Shown here piece after piece: positions 1 through 9,207 of a stretch of 24,974 nt of DNA (position 1 is the stretch's first letter; each line of letters starts with the position of its first letter). The notes under the pieces were generated by a model. It had not been told where the DNA came from and searched no databases. It worked only from the letters and a program-made list of their open reading frames with translations. The translations under genes were made by a program, and so were the position numbers. Source of the stretch: a virus (Duplodnaviria > Caudoviricetes); the IMG/VR virus record IMGVR_UViG_3300040985_002476, positions 1 through 24,974 of that record; one strand, given 5' to 3'.

Positions 1-168
1 ATTCATAGTGAGATAGACACATACTTTAAAAGCCTACCTTATACGGCTTTTATGAGTGAATACAACGCACCATTTAGAAGTATATTTGAGATAAAGAAAA
101 CCAAGTTATTGAATAACTCGGCGGCTAAAAAAACAAAAGCATTAGAAAAACTATATATAAATAATTGA
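1..168 (+). CDS. 3' end of a gene truncated by the window; probable DNA adenine methyltransferase (D12-class-like) C-terminus
   Basis: Frame 1 is open from base 1: IHSEIDTYFKSLPYTAFMSEYNAPFRSIFEIKK...KALEKLYINN*. The F-x-SEY-x-AP...EKL[YF] pattern resembles the tail of phage adenine methylases. Its TGA overlaps the portal TTG start (TTGA). The catalytic DPPY motif is not in the window. Confidence 0.45.
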   Translation: MHSEIDTYFKSLPYTAFMSEYNAPFRSIFEIKKTKLLNNSAAKKTKALEKLYINN

Positions 169-2201
169 CAAATTACGACAACAACGAGACTGAAACAATC
201 TATGACTCAGATGAGCATAAGAATTATCAGCCAAAAAAAGATTACTCATTAGAGGAATTAATAGAGCTCGATAATGTAGCAGAGATATTAGATGACGATG
301 AACTAGAGGCGCTAGGGAATAAAGTCAAAGATGAGTATGATGCGGATAAACTAACAAGAGCAGATAAAGAAGATCAAATGATAAGATCTATGAAGCTGGC
401 GATGTTAGTTTCATTGAGAAAGAATTTACCATTTCCCAACTCTTCCGATATTACTTATCCAATGCTTACCGCCGCAACTTTGCAGTTTGCTGCTAGGGCG
501 TTGCCGGCTATTGTAACGCCAACGGGTATAGTAAAAGCCAAGAGAGTAGGGAATGATCCAGAAGGCCAAAAAGCTAGAGTAGGCGATAGGATTGCAACTT
601 ATGAAAATTATCAGCTCCGGGAGGATATGCCGCACTGGGCAGAGGACCAAGATAAAATGCTCCATGCGTTACCTATTCTAGGCTGTTTATTTAAAAAAGT
701 TTATTACGATAGTGAAGACAATATAAATGCCTCGGATTTAATTTATCCTGAGAATCTTGTTGTGGATAATAATATATTATCTTTAGAGAAAGCGCCGAGG
801 ATTTCGCATGAAGTAGAGATTTATCCGCACGTGATTATCGAGCGTCAAAGAGCGGGTTTATATTTAAAAACAAGTGTAGAGCGATCAACTTCGCAATTAA
901 GTACAGGAGTTCGTGAGGATTCAGGAGATGAGTATAGCGCTACAGATGAAGAGGCATCGCATGTTTTTATCGAACAGCACAGATTACTAGATTTAGACAA
1001 AGACGGGTATCCGGAGCCGTACATAGTAACAATACACAGAGACACGGCGGAAGTTGTAAGGGTTGTCACAAGATATAACGAGCAAGGAATAAAACGAGGC
1101 CCTGATGGTGAAGTACTTAAGATTAATCCAATTCATTATTTTATTAAATATGAGTTCATGCCTGCCTTGGATGGTTCCTTCTATTCTCTAGGGTTAGGAG
1201 AGTTATTATTTCCAATTAATACGGCGGTTAATTCTACAATTAATCAGTTAATGGACGCAGGCCATATGCAGAATACGGGCGGTGGTTTTATAGGAAAAGG
1301 ATTAAGGATGAAAGCGGGTAGTATGAGCTTTCGCCCTAATGAGTGGAAAACGGTAAATACTATTGGTGATGATATTAGACGAAGTATAGTTCCTTTACCG
1401 ACTGCCCAGCCTTCCCCTGTTTTATTTCAATTACTAGGCCTGCTTATAGAGTCAGGAAAAGAAATATCCTCAGTAAAGGACGTTTTAACAGGAGAAGGCC
1501 AGGGGGCGAACGCGTCGCCTACGACAACACTTGCTTTAATAGAGCAGGGTTTAAAAGTGTTTACGGCTATTTATCAGCGTATTCATAGATCACTTAAGAA
1601 AGAATTAAAAAAATTACACGAGCTCAATGCTGAGCATGTAGATGAAGAAAGATATAAAAGAATAACAGGGGACCAGGAGGCTAATCTATCAGATTTTAAT
1701 ATTGAAGATTCTGACGTAATCCCAGTTTCTGATCCGAATCTTGTCACAGACTTGCAAAAAGCTTCAAAAGCTCAATTCCTACTGCAATTTATACAAGATG
1801 AAAGGATAGATGGAGTTGAAATCTATAGGAGGGTGTTTGAATCTTTCAATATAGAGGACATAGACACCCTATTTAAGAAGCAAGAACCACAACAACCGGA
1901 CCCAGCCCTAGAGATAGCTCTAGTTAAGCAGGAAATGGAGGCAGAGCGCTTAGATATAGAAAGACAAAAGTCAGAGATAGCAATCAGAAAGACAGAGTAC
2001 GAAATCAAAAAACTAGAAACAGCGTCAATACTAGATTTGGCAAACGCTGAGAGCAAAGAAATAGGAAATCAAGTTGGATTATACAAAGCTGAGCTGGATG
2101 CAGTCACGGCAAATATAAACAATGAGAAAACTATAAACGAATCTAACATTAACAAAGAGGAAACCAATGTTAAAAACACTAACTCCGGAGGAGTTCAATA
2201 G
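165..2201 (+). CDS. portal protein (podovirus/P22-like, with C-terminal coiled-coil barrel)
   Basis: 678 aa, first large head gene. Portal-type segments GCLFKKVYYD, FYSLGLGELL, NQLMDAG and TTTLALIEQGLKVF; long helical C-terminus. Confidence 0.9.
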   Translation: MTNYDNNETETIYDSDEHKNYQPKKDYSLEELIELDNVAEILDDDELEALGNKVKDEYDADKLTRADKEDQMIRSMKLAMLVSLRKNLPFPNSSDITYPMLTAATLQFAARALPAIVTPTGIVKAKRVGNDPEGQKARVGDRIATYENYQLREDMPHWAEDQDKMLHALPILGCLFKKVYYDSEDNINASDLIYPENLVVDNNILSLEKAPRISHEVEIYPHVIIERQRAGLYLKTSVERSTSQLSTGVREDSGDEYSATDEEASHVFIEQHRLLDLDKDGYPEPYIVTIHRDTAEVVRVVTRYNEQGIKRGPDGEVLKINPIHYFIKYEFMPALDGSFYSLGLGELLFPINTAVNSTINQLMDAGHMQNTGGGFIGKGLRMKAGSMSFRPNEWKTVNTIGDDIRRSIVPLPTAQPSPVLFQLLGLLIESGKEISSVKDVLTGEGQGANASPTTTLALIEQGLKVFTAIYQRIHRSLKKELKKLHELNAEHVDEERYKRITGDQEANLSDFNIEDSDVIPVSDPNLVTDLQKASKAQFLLQFIQDERIDGVEIYRRVFESFNIEDIDTLFKKQEPQQPDPALEIALVKQEMEAERLDIERQKSEIAIRKTEYEIKKLETASILDLANAESKEIGNQVGLYKAELDAVTANINNEKTINESNINKEETNVKNTNSGGVQ

Positions 2202-2424
2202 CTGGAAACAGCACGAGGAAACAAGGGCTATATTAGATAGCTTAAAGAAATATAGATTAATGCTACAAGAAAGGCTCGAGGCGCAATTTAGCACAGATCA
2301 AACAATAGAGGGATACGCTTTAAAACAAGCGAGAGTATCGGGCGAGAGTCAAATACTTAAAGACATCATCGATCTAGACCATGCAACATACAGATCTATA
2401 TTAGATGCGCAGGGGGCCAAATGA
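2167..2424 (+). CDS. small hypothetical protein following the portal
   Basis: 85 aa helical ORF with AGAGGA SD upstream; overlaps the portal end; ATGA overlap with the next gene. Confidence 0.75.
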   Translation: MLKTLTPEEFNSWKQHEETRAILDSLKKYRLMLQERLEAQFSTDQTIEGYALKQARVSGESQILKDIIDLDHATYRSILDAQGAK

Positions 2425-2747
2425 GTAGTATTAACACATCGGGCATAAAACCAATTGCAGATCACATTATAGTTTTGTTAAGCAAAAAGAAAAAGCTAAC
2501 AGAGGGCGGGATAATACTCCCGGACAACTCGGACTCGCAACGAGAACATCTAGGGCAGGTAAAAACTACTTTAGTGGCAATCGGGGAGGATGCTTTTTTA
2601 AATATGAAAGATGCTCCAAAAATCGGCCAAAAAGTTATTACAACTAGATACCCAGGTTTATTAATAACCGCAGATCTCGGGGTGGTAGATGATGAGTCGG
2701 AATATAGACTTTGTAGAGATACAGAGGTTTTAGGAATTTTAGAGTAA
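2421..2747 (+). CDS. groES: GroES/Cpn10-like co-chaperonin
   Basis: IKPIADHIIV, mobile-loop TEGGIILPD, LVAIGED, KIGQKV and EYRLCRDTEVLGIL follow the Cpn10 pattern. Confidence 0.85.
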   Translation: MSSINTSGIKPIADHIIVLLSKKKKLTEGGIILPDNSDSQREHLGQVKTTLVAIGEDAFLNMKDAPKIGQKVITTRYPGLLITADLGVVDDESEYRLCRDTEVLGILE

Positions 2748-2751
2748 AAGC

Positions 2752-3615
2752 ATGGAAGAAGAAAATACAGCTACAGAAGCACAAGAAATTGTTGATATAG
2801 AGCAAGAAACTACTGAGATAGATCAAGAAGTTCAAGAAAGCGAGCAACAAGAAGAAACAACACAACAAGAAACAGACACCGAAGCACATGCTAGGCGTTT
2901 GGGTTGGGTTCCTGAGTCGGAATTTAGAGGCGGGAAATCAAAGCATATTAGTGCGGAAGATTTTATAAAAAGAGGCGAGAATGAGCTACCCGTTGTTAAA
3001 GAGAATTTAAGGCGCTTAGATAGGAAATACAAAGACTTAGAAGGAACGCTGGCCGACTTTAAAGACCATCACAGTAAAGTTGAAGCGAAGGCGTATAATA
3101 AAGCCAAACGGGATATTATAGCGCAACAAGCTATTGCAGCCGAGGACGGCGATATTGATAAGTTTCGGGATTTAGAAAAACAAAGGGATTCTTTAGAGCA
3201 AGAGCAATCAGAAACAACAAAAGCACCAGTACAGAAAGAGCAGATTCCGCTAGAAGTAGAGGCTTTTATCGAGCGTAACGAATGGTTTAAAACGGATGTA
3301 AGATTGCAGAAAGTGGCCGAGGATTATCACGGGAGATTATTACAATCGCAACCAAACTTATCAATGGCTGATAATTTAAGCGAAGTAGAGCGGATTATAA
3401 AAGAAGAGTTTCCGGAACGGACTGGGCAAGAAGTCGAAGTGCAAAAAAAGCGAGTAGCTTTAAAGGTCGCTTCGAACTCTAGATCTACAGTTAGAGGTAA
3501 AGAGCGCGCTAAGACATATAATGACTTGCCCTCTGAGGCCAAAGATTGTTGCGACAACTTCGTCAGGAAAGGCTTGGTAACAAGAGAGCAGTACACAAAA
3601 GAATATTTCAATTAG
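2752..3615 (+). CDS. capsid scaffolding protein (putative)
   Basis: Very acidic N-terminus, ARRLGWVPESEF motif, coiled coils, NEWF motif; lies between portal and capsid genes. Confidence 0.75.
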   Translation: MEEENTATEAQEIVDIEQETTEIDQEVQESEQQEETTQQETDTEAHARRLGWVPESEFRGGKSKHISAEDFIKRGENELPVVKENLRRLDRKYKDLEGTLADFKDHHSKVEAKAYNKAKRDIIAQQAIAAEDGDIDKFRDLEKQRDSLEQEQSETTKAPVQKEQIPLEVEAFIERNEWFKTDVRLQKVAEDYHGRLLQSQPNLSMADNLSEVERIIKEEFPERTGQEVEVQKKRVALKVASNSRSTVRGKERAKTYNDLPSEAKDCCDNFVRKGLVTREQYTKEYFN

Positions 3616-3623
3616 AGGAAAAA

Positions 3624-4178
3624 ATGTTGGAAGAATTAAGTTATAAAGAATTACAAGAGAGAGCTAAAAAATTAAATATTAACAGCGTTGGGAAATCTAA
3701 AGTAATTTTAGAGAAAGAGATAAAAAAACAAGATCTTAAACCGAGCGAAGAAGAAAGCTTTAGAGAGCTTTCAGAACGAAGAAAGAAATACAAAGAATCA
3801 CACAGATCATTTGACGGGCTTGATTTAAAGCTAAAAGCCCCACAAAGAGATGGATATACTAGGCGCTGGGTCAATGACATAACGGGGCGCTTAGATAAAT
3901 TTGAAAACGAATATTTTTACACGAAAGTGTTGAAAGAAGGAATCCCAATTAAAGCATATGTAGGTTCAGACAAAAAAGGAAATGAGCAATACGCATATTT
4001 AATGGAGACTCCGCGCGAATGGTACAATGAGAACCAAGCAGAGAAACGCAACAGGATTATAGCTACAGAGGAAAACGCTATAAACTTAGGGGGCAGGGAT
4101 GCCCAGGGCAATGCACTAGACACGTCGAAAGCTAGAGGAACGATCACAATCGGCGATAAGACTAAAAAATACGCTTAA
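3624..4178 (+). CDS. conserved head-module protein with an N-terminal helix-extended-helix (Rho-N-like) segment
   Basis: Start moved from 3546 to ATG 3624, which follows a GAGGA SD. N-term LEELSYKELQERAKKLNI...KSKVIL; core GYTRRWVND...GRL...AYLMETPREWY is typical of genes just upstream of this capsid type. Confidence 0.7.
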   Translation: MLEELSYKELQERAKKLNINSVGKSKVILEKEIKKQDLKPSEEESFRELSERRKKYKESHRSFDGLDLKLKAPQRDGYTRRWVNDITGRLDKFENEYFYTKVLKEGIPIKAYVGSDKKGNEQYAYLMETPREWYNENQAEKRNRIIATEENAINLGGRDAQGNALDTSKARGTITIGDKTKKYA

Positions 4179-4215
4179 AAATCCAAATTTTTTAATCACA
4201 TAAATACATATTATA

Positions 4216-4836
4216 ATGGCTAACAAAGATGCGCCGAGAGGGCTAACACCCGTAAGGCATAGAAATGGTGCGCCGTACACAGGATCAGGAAACGCTTATT
4301 ACGTTCCATCCACGTATGCAACCAGCTTATTCGTTGGTGAACTAGTTGTAAAAACTGGTACATCAAATACTGCACTCGTAAAAGATAGAGGGCAAGACTA
4401 CGCTCCGGGAACTCTTCCGGAAATAAACAAAACCGCAGCTGGTGATGGTAATCCATCTACTGGTGTAATTATGGGTTTTGCACCAGATCCAAGTAACCTT
4501 GATAAATCATATGGTTTAGCAAGTACAGAGCGCGTTGCTTTTGTATGCGATGATCCGGATGTAGTTTTCCAAATTCAAGACGATGGTGCAGCAGCTCTAG
4601 CAGCTACAGTAGTGGGACTAAATGCAGTAGTTATCGACACTCATGCAGGAAGCACTTCGACAGGTAGGGCCGGGACTGAGTTAGATACTAATTCGGACGC
4701 TCCAGCAGCAGATGCTTCAAACCAATTAACTATCCAACGCTTAGCAGCTATCACAGATAATGCTTTAGGAGCAAACGCCGTTTGGGAAGTTAAAATTAAC
4801 AACCATACTGAAAGCGCAGGCGTAATCGGTATATAA
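4216..4836 (+). CDS. minor capsid / capsid cement protein (putative)
   Basis: MANKDAPRGLTPVR N-terminus and DDPDVVFQIQ motif; Ala/Gly/Thr-rich; immediately upstream of the major capsid gene. Confidence 0.65.
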   Translation: MANKDAPRGLTPVRHRNGAPYTGSGNAYYVPSTYATSLFVGELVVKTGTSNTALVKDRGQDYAPGTLPEINKTAAGDGNPSTGVIMGFAPDPSNLDKSYGLASTERVAFVCDDPDVVFQIQDDGAAALAATVVGLNAVVIDTHAGSTSTGRAGTELDTNSDAPAADASNQLTIQRLAAITDNALGANAVWEVKINNHTESAGVIGI

Positions 4837-4850
4837 TCAATAGGTAAAAC

Positions 4851-5762
4851 ATGTCTACAATCACAACAGGATCTTTTCCTAAGCTACTATGGCCCGGGAT
4901 TAAAACCATATGGGGAAACGAATATTCTCAACATCAAAAAGAATATGAGCAGTTATTCGATATGGACAGCTCAGATCAAGCTTACGAAGAAGATGTTTTG
5001 GTTCCAGGCTTTGGGCTGGCTCCACAAAAAACGTCTGGTGCGTCAACTATTTATGACTCACATCAACAAGGCTATACTAAGCGTTACACGCACGTCAATT
5101 ACTCACTAGGTTACATTGTAACAGAAGAGGAAATGGACGATAATTTATATGCTAAAGTTGGTGCAGATAGAACTAGAAGCTTAGCATTCTCTTTTGCTAC
5201 TACCAAAAACATTGTAGGCGCTAATGTCTATAACAATGGTTTTGATAATAACTTTACAGGAGGCGATGGTCTTGAGCTTTTCTCAACAGCTCACACTTCA
5301 CAAGCTGGAAATCAAAGTAACGAACTAGCAACAGCAGCGGATCTTTCCGAAGCTGCCCTTGAAGATTTAAGCATTCAAATTATGAAAGCTAAAAATGATA
5401 GAGGTCTAGAAATTGCTTTGCGCCCAATTTGTTTAATTACTCCAGTTGATCTTTATTATGAAGCTCAAAGGATTCTTAAATCAACATTGCAAAGCGATTC
5501 AGCTAATAACGATATTAATGCTTTGAAAACTAGCGGGATCATTCCTAAAATCGTTACTAATCACTATCTTACCGATGTTGATGCTTTCTTTATTAGAACT
5601 AATATCCCTTCAAACACAGGTATGAAGTGCTACCAAAGAAAAGCCATTAGCTTTACGCAAGATAATGATTTTGACACAAGCAACTTTAAAGCCAAAGCCC
5701 AAGAGCGTTACGCGTTCGGTTGGACTGATTGGAGAGGAGCTTTTGGAAGTCCAGGGGCATAA
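4851..5762 (+). CDS. major capsid protein (HK97 fold)
   Basis: 303 aa with LLWPGIKTIWG, SDQAYEE, GGDGLELFSTAH, NHYLTD and ERYAFGWTDWRGAFGSPGA; followed by a terminator. Confidence 0.9.
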   Translation: MSTITTGSFPKLLWPGIKTIWGNEYSQHQKEYEQLFDMDSSDQAYEEDVLVPGFGLAPQKTSGASTIYDSHQQGYTKRYTHVNYSLGYIVTEEEMDDNLYAKVGADRTRSLAFSFATTKNIVGANVYNNGFDNNFTGGDGLELFSTAHTSQAGNQSNELATAADLSEAALEDLSIQIMKAKNDRGLEIALRPICLITPVDLYYEAQRILKSTLQSDSANNDINALKTSGIIPKIVTNHYLTDVDAFFIRTNIPSNTGMKCYQRKAISFTQDNDFDTSNFKAKAQERYAFGWTDWRGAFGSPGA

Positions 5763-5774
5763 TCTAGCAAAAAG

Positions 5775-5806
5775 AAAAGCTCAGTTGTTTTAAACTGGGC
5801 TTTTTT
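5775..5806 (+). terminator. intrinsic terminator after the major capsid gene
   Basis: AAAAGCTCAGTT / AACTGGGCTTTT stem (one G-U) running into a T6 tract. Confidence 0.8.
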
Positions 5807-5955
5807 ATTGCCTTAAGGTTAGAGGAGCGTGAAAACTCCTCTAACTACTTTGAGGGTGCTAAATCACCCTTTTAGACTCCACAAACTGAATTATGAGTTA
5901 TCCGCAAGGCTCTACACTCTGAGTTCATAATAAGTTAATTTAAATATATAATAAA

Positions 5956-6897
5956 ATGACAATTTCAAACTACCCTAACGGGTTCTTAGATGGCGTAACT
6001 ATACAAGGCGTTCCACTACAAATGACAAACCCGGGCAAGGTGTTTTGGGTCAACGGATCCTCTGTTTTGGCCCCTGGTGGCGTTGGCGGATCAAATGGTA
6101 ATAAAGGAACATACACGCAACCATTTGCGACTATTGATTATGCAATAGGCAAATGTGCAGATAGCCGAGGCGATATTATCTTAGTAATGCCAGGACATAC
6201 AGAAACTATATCAGGTGCGTCAGGTATTGATTTAGACGTTATCGGTGTCGCAATTATTGGCTTAGGCGCTGGAACTTTGCGACCAACTATTAATTACACA
6301 GCAACCGCCTCAACATTCACTATTGCGGCTGCAAGTTGTATAATTCATAATATACTACATACCGGCGGTATAGATGCCGTTGTTTCTCCAATTATTGTCT
6401 CTGCCTCTGATTGTACTATCAGTAACAACGAAATTAGAGATGTAACCGGCCAAATGACTGACGGTGTCGTAACTACAGCCGCAGCAACTAGATTGAAAAT
6501 TCTAAATCATATCCACGATGGAGCATCCGCAGCAGGTACTAATGCAGCGATAGCTATTGTGGGCGGTGATGGTATTGAAATTACAATCGACCGCATGGAT
6601 GGTAACTTTGCCGTTGGCGGGATAGACGTTAGAACGACTGCAACTACAGATTTATTTGTTCACGATGTTAAAACATTCAGGACACGTAATGCAGCCGATA
6701 TATTCTTAGTTGATACAATCACAGCATCAACTGGACAAGTTGGCCCTAACATCAATATTCAATTAGCAGATAATGCCGCTAATATCACAGAAGCAGTAAC
6801 AGGAGCTACCTTCGTAGTACAAGATCCTATTTACGTTGTAAATTTAGCAGGCGAAAAAGGCATGCTTATCAACTGGACAGCCTCAACTGACGCTTAA
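5956..6897 (+). CDS. virion structural protein with beta-helix (pectin-lyase-like) repeats; possible head decoration
   Basis: GSNGNKGTYTQPFATIDYAI...GDIILVMPGHTE cap motif followed by Ile/Thr/Asn-rich beta repeats. Confidence 0.65.
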   Translation: MTISNYPNGFLDGVTIQGVPLQMTNPGKVFWVNGSSVLAPGGVGGSNGNKGTYTQPFATIDYAIGKCADSRGDIILVMPGHTETISGASGIDLDVIGVAIIGLGAGTLRPTINYTATASTFTIAAASCIIHNILHTGGIDAVVSPIIVSASDCTISNNEIRDVTGQMTDGVVTTAAATRLKILNHIHDGASAAGTNAAIAIVGGDGIEITIDRMDGNFAVGGIDVRTTATTDLFVHDVKTFRTRNAADIFLVDTITASTGQVGPNINIQLADNAANITEAVTGATFVVQDPIYVVNLAGEKGMLINWTASTDA

Positions 6898-6902
6898 TTT
6901 GT

Positions 6903-6932
6903 AAAAAAGGGGTGAAAAAAGCCCCTTTTTTT
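6903..6932 (+). terminator. intrinsic terminator (possibly bidirectional)
   Basis: AAAAAAGGGG-TGAAAAAAG-CCCCTTTTTTT directly after the stop at 6897. Confidence 0.75.
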
Positions 6933-6995
6933 ATGAATTAAAATCACGATTTATACAATCGGGCATAAAAAACCCTTTTTCAAAAAGAGAATAAA

Positions 6996-7640
6996 ATGGC
7001 AAGACCAAAAAGATTAACGTTTACGCCTTCGGCTGTAGACGTAAACAGTATATTTGAAGATCAGACTACAGCGGGTTCTGGTGCTATATCTTTAGATGGA
7101 GCTGATGTGGCGAGTGGCGAGTGGGTTTCACCAGATGGGCTAGCTCATAGAATAAGCCTAGAATCGACAGGAAATATATCAGCTGTAACTTTTACAGTAG
7201 CAGGCTTTCAGGATTCTCAAAGACATATAGCATTATCCGAAGATATTACAGGCCCTAACAGCGCAACCGTTGAATCAAGCGGATATTTTGCAATCATCAC
7301 ATCTATTACAGTTGATGGCGCGGTCGGAACAAATACAGAAGGTGGCTTTGTAGATGAGTTTATATCACAAGGAGTACCCTTAAATAACTATGGTTCAAGA
7401 ATGGGCTTAAACGTTATCGTCTCAGGTACTATTAACTATAGCTTACAGCAAACTTTTGACGATATACAAAGCTTAACAGACACTATTAATTACATAAACC
7501 ATGATGATTCCTCGGTTGTTAGCTCAACAACTAGTCAAAATGCAAATTATGATAAACCGCCTATCGCGACTAGATTGGTTGTAAACTCATATAGTAGTGG
7601 CGCTGCAATAGAGTTTAACATCACACAAGCGGCCCATTAA
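6996..7640 (+). CDS. virion structural protein (beta-rich, function unknown)
   Basis: 214 aa, Ser/Thr/Gly-rich, in the head-decoration block. Confidence 0.6.
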   Translation: MARPKRLTFTPSAVDVNSIFEDQTTAGSGAISLDGADVASGEWVSPDGLAHRISLESTGNISAVTFTVAGFQDSQRHIALSEDITGPNSATVESSGYFAIITSITVDGAVGTNTEGGFVDEFISQGVPLNNYGSRMGLNVIVSGTINYSLQQTFDDIQSLTDTINYINHDDSSVVSSTTSQNANYDKPPIATRLVVNSYSSGAAIEFNITQAAH

Positions 7641-7807
7641 TGACGATTTCTATTACAGGGCTAGGTATCACAACCGGACAAGGCTTAATTGCAGGCAGCG
7701 GTATCTCTTTTGGGGATGGTATCTCTTCTGGGGATGGGAAAGTTTTCTTATTTCAAGATGGGGCGAATTTTCAATTCCAAAACGGCGAATTTTTCGAATT
7801 TAATTAA
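7640..7807 (+). CDS. small 55-aa Gly-rich protein missed by the ORF track; putative fibre-anchoring peptide
   Basis: ATG overlaps the upstream stop (TAATG). MTISITGLGITTGQGLIAGSGISFGDGISSGDGKVFLFQDGANFQFQNGEFFEFN* fills the gap and ends 8 nt before the next gene. Confidence 0.7.
   Translation: MTISITGLGITTGQGLIAGSGISFGDGISSGDGKVFLFQDGANFQFQNGEFFEFN
7700..7735 (+). repeat. 18-bp tandem duplication (GGTATCTCTT[T/C]TGGGGAT x2)
   Basis: Two in-frame copies with one mismatch, encoding GISFGD and GISSGD. Confidence 0.9.
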
Positions 7808-7815
7808 ATAAAAAC

Positions 7816-9207
7816 ATGCCTAAATTAACTAACAAAACCGCATTATCTACATTTGCAGATGGTGATTTATTTCATGTAGTAGATATATCTGATACAAGCT
7901 CAGACCCCGCTGGAACTAGTAAAAAAAGCACTTGGGCTTTAGCTAAATCAAATATTCTAGATTCGTTGGCAGGGTTTGAGGCTTTATATGTAGATACTGC
8001 AAATGGTAATGATAGCACGGGAACAGGAACTAGAAGTAATCCATTTTTAACAGCTCAGGGCGCGATAGATTCGTTTACTGCTGGATCTGCTCTTTACGTT
8101 ATATATGTGAATGGGTCAAGCTCTGCTACTATAACACTTAGATCAGCGGATACAGGTATTAAATTTATTTTTGATGCCGATAGCGTACAATCGGGAACAA
8201 TTACGCTAGTTGATGGTAATACGGATATATCCTTTTTATCAACTGGTGGTTCTGCCACATTATCAGGAACTATTGCAGATGGGTCAAAGGGTGATGTTTA
8301 TTATAATTGTGAATTATCAGGCACTTACAATAAAACCGGGGGTTCTGGTACGGCCTCCCCGGTTGGTGATGTTAGATTTTTATCTGATTGTCATTTAAAC
8401 GGGACTGTTATTAATTTTACAGGAAATAGCTCAATAACAACGTTAGGATATGGTGGTGTAGGTGTATTGACGCAATCTAACGGTCTTTTTATTGCTAGAC
8501 ATGATGGTACTATGATATGCCCTGTGATTTCAGGCGGTTCACCGACTACAGGTCAACCGATTACGCTATTCCAAGGAAATATACAATTACTAAAAAATGG
8601 TACGGATGATTGCTTAACTTCAACATCATCATACGGTCTAGTATTTCTAGCTGGCGTTTCTTCTTTGCAGCAAGATTTAAGTACATTAGGTAAAATAAAC
8701 TTTACTGGCGCGGGTGCTAACTCTCATTGTTATGTTTGGGCAAACTGTCAATTAGCGTCTTCTGGTGATGTATTCCCGGCTTCTGGGGCTTTGTCGGCAA
8801 ATATTGCTGATTATTTATCCGCTAATAGGACGGCTATAAATTACACCGCTGCTACTTCTAGCGTAAAGTCTCATCTAGAAGGAATAGACACAGCTATAGC
8901 TACGAGTGTAATAAATGACTCAGCAACTGCTAGAACCTTAGCTTTAACAGATGCAAATGATTATATAAGATTTACCAGTGCTTCTGCTACGGTATTGACG
9001 GTCCCTTTAAACTCTACCGTAGCTTTTTTGATCGGTACTAAGGTAGATTTTATTCAGAACGGAGCTGGTCAAGTTTCAGTTGTCGCAGCTGGCGGAGTTA
9101 CTATTAACAAAGCTGAAGGCCTTAAAATAGCTGCTCGCTATAAAGGTGCTAGCTTGATAAAGGTAGGGGCTGACGAATGGGATCTAATAGGAGCATTGGC
9201 AGCGTAA
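7816..9207 (+). CDS. fibre protein (head or auxiliary fibre)
   Basis: N-term KLTNKTALSTFADGDLFHVVD...TSKKST fibre-anchor motif; YVDTANGND...NPFLTAQGAI cap; C-terminal domain TLALTDA...LTVP...AFLIGT...QNGAGQV...WDLIGAL common in phage fibres. Confidence 0.75.
   Translation: MPKLTNKTALSTFADGDLFHVVDISDTSSDPAGTSKKSTWALAKSNILDSLAGFEALYVDTANGNDSTGTGTRSNPFLTAQGAIDSFTAGSALYVIYVNGSSSATITLRSADTGIKFIFDADSVQSGTITLVDGNTDISFLSTGGSATLSGTIADGSKGDVYYNCELSGTYNKTGGSGTASPVGDVRFLSDCHLNGTVINFTGNSSITTLGYGGVGVLTQSNGLFIARHDGTMICPVISGGSPTTGQPITLFQGNIQLLKNGTDDCLTSTSSYGLVFLAGVSSLQQDLSTLGKINFTGAGANSHCYVWANCQLASSGDVFPASGALSANIADYLSANRTAINYTAATSSVKSHLEGIDTAIATSVINDSATARTLALTDANDYIRFTSASATVLTVPLNSTVAFLIGTKVDFIQNGAGQVSVVAAGGVTINKAEGLKIAARYKGASLIKVGADEWDLIGALAA

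Noticed and set aside
5750-5800. Capsid C-terminal extension by readthrough or frameshift
   Set aside because: No slippery site before the TAA, a terminator follows at once, and there is no long downstream frame.
5828-5900. Hammerhead-like ribozyme suggested by GAAA and CTGA near hairpins
   Set aside because: The CUGANGA core is absent and the stems do not form the three-way junction.
2438-6970. 13-mer ATCGGGCATAAAA at 2438 and 6958
   Set aside because: One copy is inside the groES coding sequence; a single 13-mer match in 25 kb of AT-rich DNA is plausible by chance.
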